IMG/VR virus record: IMGVR_UViG_3300032287_004484
Location: 124,001-188,000 of that record
Direction: 5' to 3' (one strand)
Length of the DNA: 64,000 bases
The position numbers and the translations under genes were made by a program. Below the pieces are notes generated by a model. The model ran no database searches. It was not told the DNA's origin and worked only from the letters and a program-made list of their open reading frames with translations. Below are positions 59,392 to 64,000 of this stretch, one piece after another (the first letter of the stretch is position 1; each line of letters begins with the position of its first letter).

Positions 59392-60213
59392 ATGCCAGAA
59401 GCACCAGAAATAAAGATGTATACTGATTTTTTAAATTATATCTCTGAAAAATCGTCTTGTGTTGGAATCCAAAAAATGCCTCAATCTAAAAATAAAGATA
59501 TATCTTTTTCTGTTTTAGATCCAGAATTAGGTATTCCATCACTTAAGTTACGATTTGAAAGTAAAGGTAAAGAAATAGGTGCTAATTTTTTACACGAAAA
59601 CGGATCATTGTATAAAAGGTATCTTTTTCAAATGGGAATGAGTGGTTATTGGTTATTATGTGACGAACCATCTTTTCATAAAAATATTAAAATTAAAAAC
59701 AATACCGTTTTAAGATTTTTAATATATTCTGAACTTACAGATATTCATGGTTTTTTATGTTTAGTAGATACGAGAAGATTTGCTAAATGGAGCGAGGTTA
59801 CTCCAGATAAATGGGGTAATAATCGAGGTCCAGATCCTTTTTATGAGAGAGATCAATTTAAAGAGAATATTCTTTTTTCATTACATCAAAAAGATTTTGG
59901 AAAACCAATTTATGAAACTCTAATGAATCAAAAATATTTTAATGGAATTGGAAATTATCTAAGAGCAGTGATATGCGGAAGAATAGATGAAACACCTTTT
60001 CAATCAGCTCGTGATTATATTAAAAAAGATCCAGATTTATTTTTTGATACAATATGGCAAGTTATAGATGAATCTTACGATATGCAGATTAAAAATGCTA
60101 CTCCTTCTAATTGGTATAGTCCTTATGACGATAAAAAGGAAAAAAACTTAGAAGATTCAAATGGACGAAGATTTTGGTACAAGAAAAAGTGGGATCCAGA
60201 TAAAAATAAATAA
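59392..60213 (+). CDS. nei: Fpg/Nei DNA glycosylase, NEIL1-like (zincless finger)
   Basis: N-terminal MPEAPE, SKGKE, GMSG, DTRRF, H2TH LMNQKYFNGIGNYLRA, DSNGRRFWY with no Cys4 finger. Confidence 0.85.
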   Translation: MPEAPEIKMYTDFLNYISEKSSCVGIQKMPQSKNKDISFSVLDPELGIPSLKLRFESKGKEIGANFLHENGSLYKRYLFQMGMSGYWLLCDEPSFHKNIKIKNNTVLRFLIYSELTDIHGFLCLVDTRRFAKWSEVTPDKWGNNRGPDPFYERDQFKENILFSLHQKDFGKPIYETLMNQKYFNGIGNYLRAVICGRIDETPFQSARDYIKKDPDLFFDTIWQVIDESYDMQIKNATPSNWYSPYDDKKEKNLEDSNGRRFWYKKKWDPDKNK

Positions 60214-60225
60214 AAGGAGTTTTAA

Positions 60226-60699
60226 ATGTTAAAAGACTTTAAGTTTTATTTGGAGATGGTAGAAATCAATAAGGATATAGTTTTAAGCAAAATTAGTGAA
60301 ATCAATTCTTTTAAACAAGGAATCAAAAAAGAAGATATTAATTCTGAGAACTTTACTTTCTCTTATTTCCCTGAAAGGGACTTTAATCCTGTAATTTATA
60401 CTAATACTGAAGGTACTACAAATTTTTATGTTCCTACACTAGATGACTTATCAGAAAAAATAAAATCAGAAAAATTATTTGCTAATAACAACACTTTATC
60501 TTATACGATTGAGTATATGGAAGACGGCGCTATTATTAAAAAATCTTTTGGGACAGAAGAATATGGTGGAGAAAGAGAAGAAGGAATGGAACACGAAAAG
60601 AAAATAGTATCTTCATCTGAAACTAAAAAAATAGATAAATTTGGTGAAAAATATGAAAAACAATTCACTATTATGGCAACTTCTGAATTAAAATATTAA
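60226..60699 (+). CDS. Hypothetical protein with leader-like N-terminus
   Basis: Starts MLKDFKFYLEMVE; AAGGAG RBS. Confidence 0.7.
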   Translation: MLKDFKFYLEMVEINKDIVLSKISEINSFKQGIKKEDINSENFTFSYFPERDFNPVIYTNTEGTTNFYVPTLDDLSEKIKSEKLFANNNTLSYTIEYMEDGAIIKKSFGTEEYGGEREEGMEHEKKIVSSSETKKIDKFGEKYEKQFTIMATSELKY

Positions 60700-60751
60700 A
60701 AAAAAATTTAAAAAAAACAGATATTTTTTATTTAAATCCTATATAAAATAA

Positions 60752-60811
60752 TATAGAGATTATTGCTGATAAGGATAATCTCTATAAAAATTGCTCAAAG
60801 AGGATTTGAAT
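60752..60811 (+). promoter_or_regulatory. ROSE-like RNA thermometer in the hsp20 5' UTR
   Basis: 12 bp stem TATAGAGATTAT/ATAATCTCTATA, then hairpin AAATTGCTC-AAA-GAGGATTT pairing UUGCU with the AGGA Shine-Dalgarno (bulged G). Confidence 0.7.
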
Positions 60812-61264
60812 ATGACAACAAGTTTATCAAAAATTATTAATAACAACGGACAAAATCTTTTTTCTGATTTTGATTTTATTCTCACAAACTTTATGGATTC
60901 TCAGGGTCGATATAAGTTTGCTGAATCTTCTGGTTTTCCAAAATTGAACCTATATAGTTCTGAAACAGAAGATGGTAAAGTGAAGTACACAATTGAGGCT
61001 TCTATTACTGGATATGATAAAAATGATATAGATGTAATTGTAGATAGAAATAAATTAACTATATCATATAATAAAGATTTAGATAAAGATGAAGAAAAAA
61101 AGAATTATTTCTTACAAGAAATTAAGAAATCTTCTTTTTCAAGAAGTATTCTTTTATCTGAAAAATTAGATGTAGATAATCCTATCACATCTTATTCAGA
61201 CGGGTTATTAAAAATAGAGTTTTTTGAAGATATAAAGAAAAAATCTAAAAGATTAACATTCTAA
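60812..61264 (+). CDS. Hsp20/alpha-crystallin small heat shock protein
   Basis: FPKLNL, GYDKNDIDV, FSRSI, YSDGLLKI; ATG 60812 has a GAGGA RBS. Confidence 0.9.
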   Translation: MTTSLSKIINNNGQNLFSDFDFILTNFMDSQGRYKFAESSGFPKLNLYSSETEDGKVKYTIEASITGYDKNDIDVIVDRNKLTISYNKDLDKDEEKKNYFLQEIKKSSFSRSILLSEKLDVDNPITSYSDGLLKIEFFEDIKKKSKRLTF

Positions 61265-61274
61265 TTTTTTCACT

Positions 61275-61308
61275 TTTGACTCCTTAAATTTTACTTTAAG
61301 GAGTCAAA
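61275..61308. terminator. Stem-loop, probable terminator after hsp20
   Basis: TTTGACTCCTTAAA / TTTAAGGAGTCAAA perfect 14 bp inverted repeat. Confidence 0.7.
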
Positions 61309-61388
61309 TAAATAAAAAAAATTAATAAAAAAATAATCACAACGTAAAAATACTATAATCGCGAAATTTAACCTATAGGTGAGTATTA

Positions 61389-62573
61389 ATGATGGAATAT
61401 AAAAGTTATAAAAAAATACAGGAAAAAATAGAAGTTTTTGAAGATGCTTCTTTTGTCTCTTTACAAGATGACAAAACAGCTCTTATTAAAAATTCTAATG
61501 GAGATACTTGGAGCGTTCCATTTTCTTTTGAAGAAGATGAACTAACTCTTTTTGGTGAAAAAGCTGAATTAGTAGAATTAGCACCTGAAATTATTGAAGA
61601 AGAAAAAGAAGAAACAGTAGCAGATGTTAATTGCATGGTTTTAAAATCAGTTAAAGATGAAGAATTATTTAATGAAAGCTTAAATAGATTAGTTGAAGTC
61701 TTTGTTAATGAAAGAAAAAAATATAAATCAAAAAATAAAAAATCAAAAGTAATTTCTGAGTCAAAAACTGTGGAAACAGAAGAAGAAAATGAAGAGAAAA
61801 TCTGGGATTTTTTAAATAAGGATTCTAGAGATTTTACAGTTGCTTTTACTGAAAGTTGGGAAGATAAAATTAAACAAGTTAAAGAAAGTTTTAATGAGTT
61901 ATTTGAAAGTGGATTTTTATTTTCTAATGGAACAATTAAAAGAAAAACAATCTTAGATCCAGCTTTAATTTTAGAAGCTTATAAAGCAAAAAAAGAAAAT
62001 GTAAATTCATTTTTTGAAAATTTAAAATATATTAATGATTGGTATTTAAAAGCAGAAGAATTAGGTGTTATGAATGAATCACTTAATGGAGTTTCTCCAC
62101 TTTCTAAAGATTGGAAAACACATCTTCTTAAAAATCTTGTTCTTCAAAAAAGAAAAGGATTAGAAGTCAATATTAGTGAAGTTTTAACTGATCTTGAAAA
62201 ATTTGCATTAGAAATAATTTCTGAATCTGATATGACGATGAATATTGGATTAGATTCAAGTAAAATCCCTGGTTCACATAATGGAGAAAATCAAATTAAT
62301 TTCTTAAAAATGGGCGGAGTCTTTACTTATACCGATTTAGAAAAACTAATTTCTGATTTTACTAGAGCTATGTCAACTTATCAAGCATCTGGAATGGAAA
62401 GAGACACTCTCGGAAAAATCTCTAATTATAAAGATATTGCTGATAAAATGTATCGTACTAATATGATTGACGATGAAACAGTAACTAATATAATTACTGA
62501 TTTTAACACTACTTATGGTCCAGTTAAAGATAACATGTATGCTCCTTTAACTACATTTAAAGCAGGTGTGTAA
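61389..62573 (+). CDS. Putative prohead core/scaffold protein
   Basis: Acidic, many (I/L/F/M)-x-E sites (FNE, ISE, FTE, LFE, ILE, MNE), coupled to the prohead protease. Confidence 0.6.
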   Translation: MMEYKSYKKIQEKIEVFEDASFVSLQDDKTALIKNSNGDTWSVPFSFEEDELTLFGEKAELVELAPEIIEEEKEETVADVNCMVLKSVKDEELFNESLNRLVEVFVNERKKYKSKNKKSKVISESKTVETEEENEEKIWDFLNKDSRDFTVAFTESWEDKIKQVKESFNELFESGFLFSNGTIKRKTILDPALILEAYKAKKENVNSFFENLKYINDWYLKAEELGVMNESLNGVSPLSKDWKTHLLKNLVLQKRKGLEVNISEVLTDLEKFALEIISESDMTMNIGLDSSKIPGSHNGENQINFLKMGGVFTYTDLEKLISDFTRAMSTYQASGMERDTLGKISNYKDIADKMYRTNMIDDETVTNIITDFNTTYGPVKDNMYAPLTTFKAGV

Positions 62574-63226
62574 TGGAATCAATCTACTTATCAGAAGCGG
62601 TAGTAATTAAAGATCACGAACTCAAAGAAATTATTATCGAAAGTAATGGTAGAGAAAGAAGAGTCCTTCAATTAGAAGGGCTCTTTCAAAGAGCTAATGA
62701 GAAAAATCGTAATGGAAGAATTTATCCTCTTCCTATCTTAGAAAGAGAAGCTTCTCGTCTTGTATCTTCTAAAATTAAAATAGAAGGCGGACTTATTGGA
62801 GAAATGGAACACCCTATCATTGAAGCTAATGATCCTAATGCAGTTTCTAGAGCAACTAAAATTCTCTATGAAAGAGCCTGTATCATGATCAAAGATCTTA
62901 GAGTTTCTGGAGATGATATTATCGGTAAATGTGAAATCTTAGATGATGCTAATCAATACGGTGCTACTCTAGCATCTATGGCTCGTCGAGGACATATGGC
63001 TGGTATCTCATCAAGAGCAGTTGGATCTAAACCTAAATTAGATTCTAATGGCGGACTTATGGTTAACGAAGATATTCAATTTGTTACTTGGGATATCGTT
63101 AGTGATCCTAGCGTTCATAATGCTAGATTAAAAGCTTTTATCAGCGAAGAAGTTCAGCGAATTCAACACTTACAAAAATCTGGAAGAAAAACTAATCTGT
63201 GGCAAGTTTTAGAAAAATTTAATTAA
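62573..63226 (+). CDS. T4 gp21-like prohead core protease
   Basis: LEGLFQ, KNRNGRIYP, GEMEHP, GISSRAVGS, TWDIVSDPS. Confidence 0.92.
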   Translation: MESIYLSEAVVIKDHELKEIIIESNGRERRVLQLEGLFQRANEKNRNGRIYPLPILEREASRLVSSKIKIEGGLIGEMEHPIIEANDPNAVSRATKILYERACIMIKDLRVSGDDIIGKCEILDDANQYGATLASMARRGHMAGISSRAVGSKPKLDSNGGLMVNEDIQFVTWDIVSDPSVHNARLKAFISEEVQRIQHLQKSGRKTNLWQVLEKFN

Positions 63227-63232
63227 ATAAAA

Positions 63233-63260
63233 AAAAATCAGTCTTTTAAGACTGATTTTT
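63233..63260. terminator. Bidirectional intrinsic terminator
   Basis: AAAAATCAGTCTT / AAGACTGATTTTT between convergent genes. Confidence 0.8.
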
Positions 63261-63909
63261 AAATATCATATTTATCTATTACAGATAAACTCTTATCTTC
63301 AATATTATATTTACGCATAATCTTATTAATACTGTCTTCATTTTTATTAGAATAAATCTTTTCTTTAGAATCTATCAATAATTTACCAATCAATTTTAGA
63401 TTATTTTGATTTGATAAAAAATCAAATAATTTTTGATGATTAATTTTTTGATGCTCCATAAGATTTATTTCACTTAAAATAGAATTTAAAATTTTAATAA
63501 AATTATCTTTATTTTTTGTTAATAAATTATAAAAAGATTTACTTACGTTTTTAATGTTTTTACTTGTAATTAAATCTTGAATTAAATTTTTATTATTTTT
63601 ATTAATAACTAATTGTAATAATTCTTTTAATCTTTCTTTAAATATACTAATAAAGAAATTTTCTGGTTCTTTTTCTTGTAAATAATTAATTATATTTATC
63701 AAATTAAAAGTAAAAAATAAAAATTTAAAAAGATCAGCTTTTTCATTATCATTTAAATCAGGTAAAAAATCTTTTGAAAGAGAATCAAATGGAAATTCTT
63801 GACTTATATATTTAAAAACGTTTAAATCAACATTAGAGTCTCTTAATAATTTATCATTTTTAAGATAATTTAATATGTAATTAATATTAATCGTCTTATC
63901 TTCAGTCAA
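63259..63909 (-). CDS. Hypothetical protein
   Basis: 216 aa ORF; start uncertain. Confidence 0.6.
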   Translation of the reverse strand: MTEDKTININYILNYLKNDKLLRDSNVDLNVFKYISQEFPFDSLSKDFLPDLNDNEKADLFKFLFFTFNLINIINYLQEKEPENFFISIFKERLKELLQLVINKNNKNLIQDLITSKNIKNVSKSFYNLLTKNKDNFIKILNSILSEINLMEHQKINHQKLFDFLSNQNNLKLIGKLLIDSKEKIYSNKNEDSINKIMRKYNIEDKSLSVIDKYDI

Positions 63910-64000
63910 TTCTTTTATCTTTTTAATAAGAGATTTTTTTTCTTTATCTTTTAAACTTTCAATTTTCTTTATTAATTTTAAACGATATATTTTATTATTA

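Noticed and set aside
222-61636. Short antisense or out-of-frame ORFs in the track (e.g. 222-410, 3157-3348, 20186-20455, 24467-24686, 37670-38041, 61406-61636)
   Set aside because: They overlap well-supported genes, lack RBS and have no recognisable motifs
1-64000. Stop-codon reassignment as in some jumbo phages
   Set aside because: Known enzymes translate full length in the standard code, and TAA, TGA and TAG all end genes at sensible places
1-64000. CRISPR arrays, tRNA or rRNA genes
   Set aside because: No regularly spaced repeats or cloverleaf sequences were seen; intergenic gaps are short and AT-rich. tRNAscan was not run.

Overview
This very AT-rich, densely coded window reads as part of a large T4-like (probably jumbo) tailed phage genome in the standard genetic code. 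The best evidence is a gp21-type prohead protease with a scaffold-like neighbour, class II RNR/thioredoxin/dCMP deaminase, Hsp20, a Nei glycosylase and a ~30 kb tail-fibre region. Several genes resemble Leptospira proteins as I remember them, so a Leptospiraceae host is a hypothesis. Layout: 1-15 kb NDP-sugar and glycosyltransferase genes; 15-28 kb hypotheticals and nucleotide metabolism; 28.5-58.2 kb one co-oriented fibre/receptor-binding operon interrupted at 42-48 kb by eight modifying enzymes; 58-64 kb repair, chaperone and head assembly. Main candidates for undescribed biology: (1) a shared N-terminal leader, M-x-x-F-x-x-Y-L-x-I-I-x-E, on about 8-10 unrelated proteins, resembling a protease-cleaved capsid-targeting signal; (2) a hydroxylase/di-iron/amino-sugar/glycosyltransferase cassette directly behind a polyglycine fibre protein; (3) an operon joining a T4 beta-glucosyltransferase-like enzyme to an RGP/STELLO-like protein and a GDP-mannose-3,5-epimerase-like enzyme, suggesting an unusual DNA sugar; (4) a free-standing degenerate HINT/intein-like gene upstream of nrdJ; (5) a ROSE-like RNA thermometer on hsp20 and TAAACA-type promoters that appear to give leaderless mRNAs. 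All family calls come from motif recognition by eye; no searches were run.
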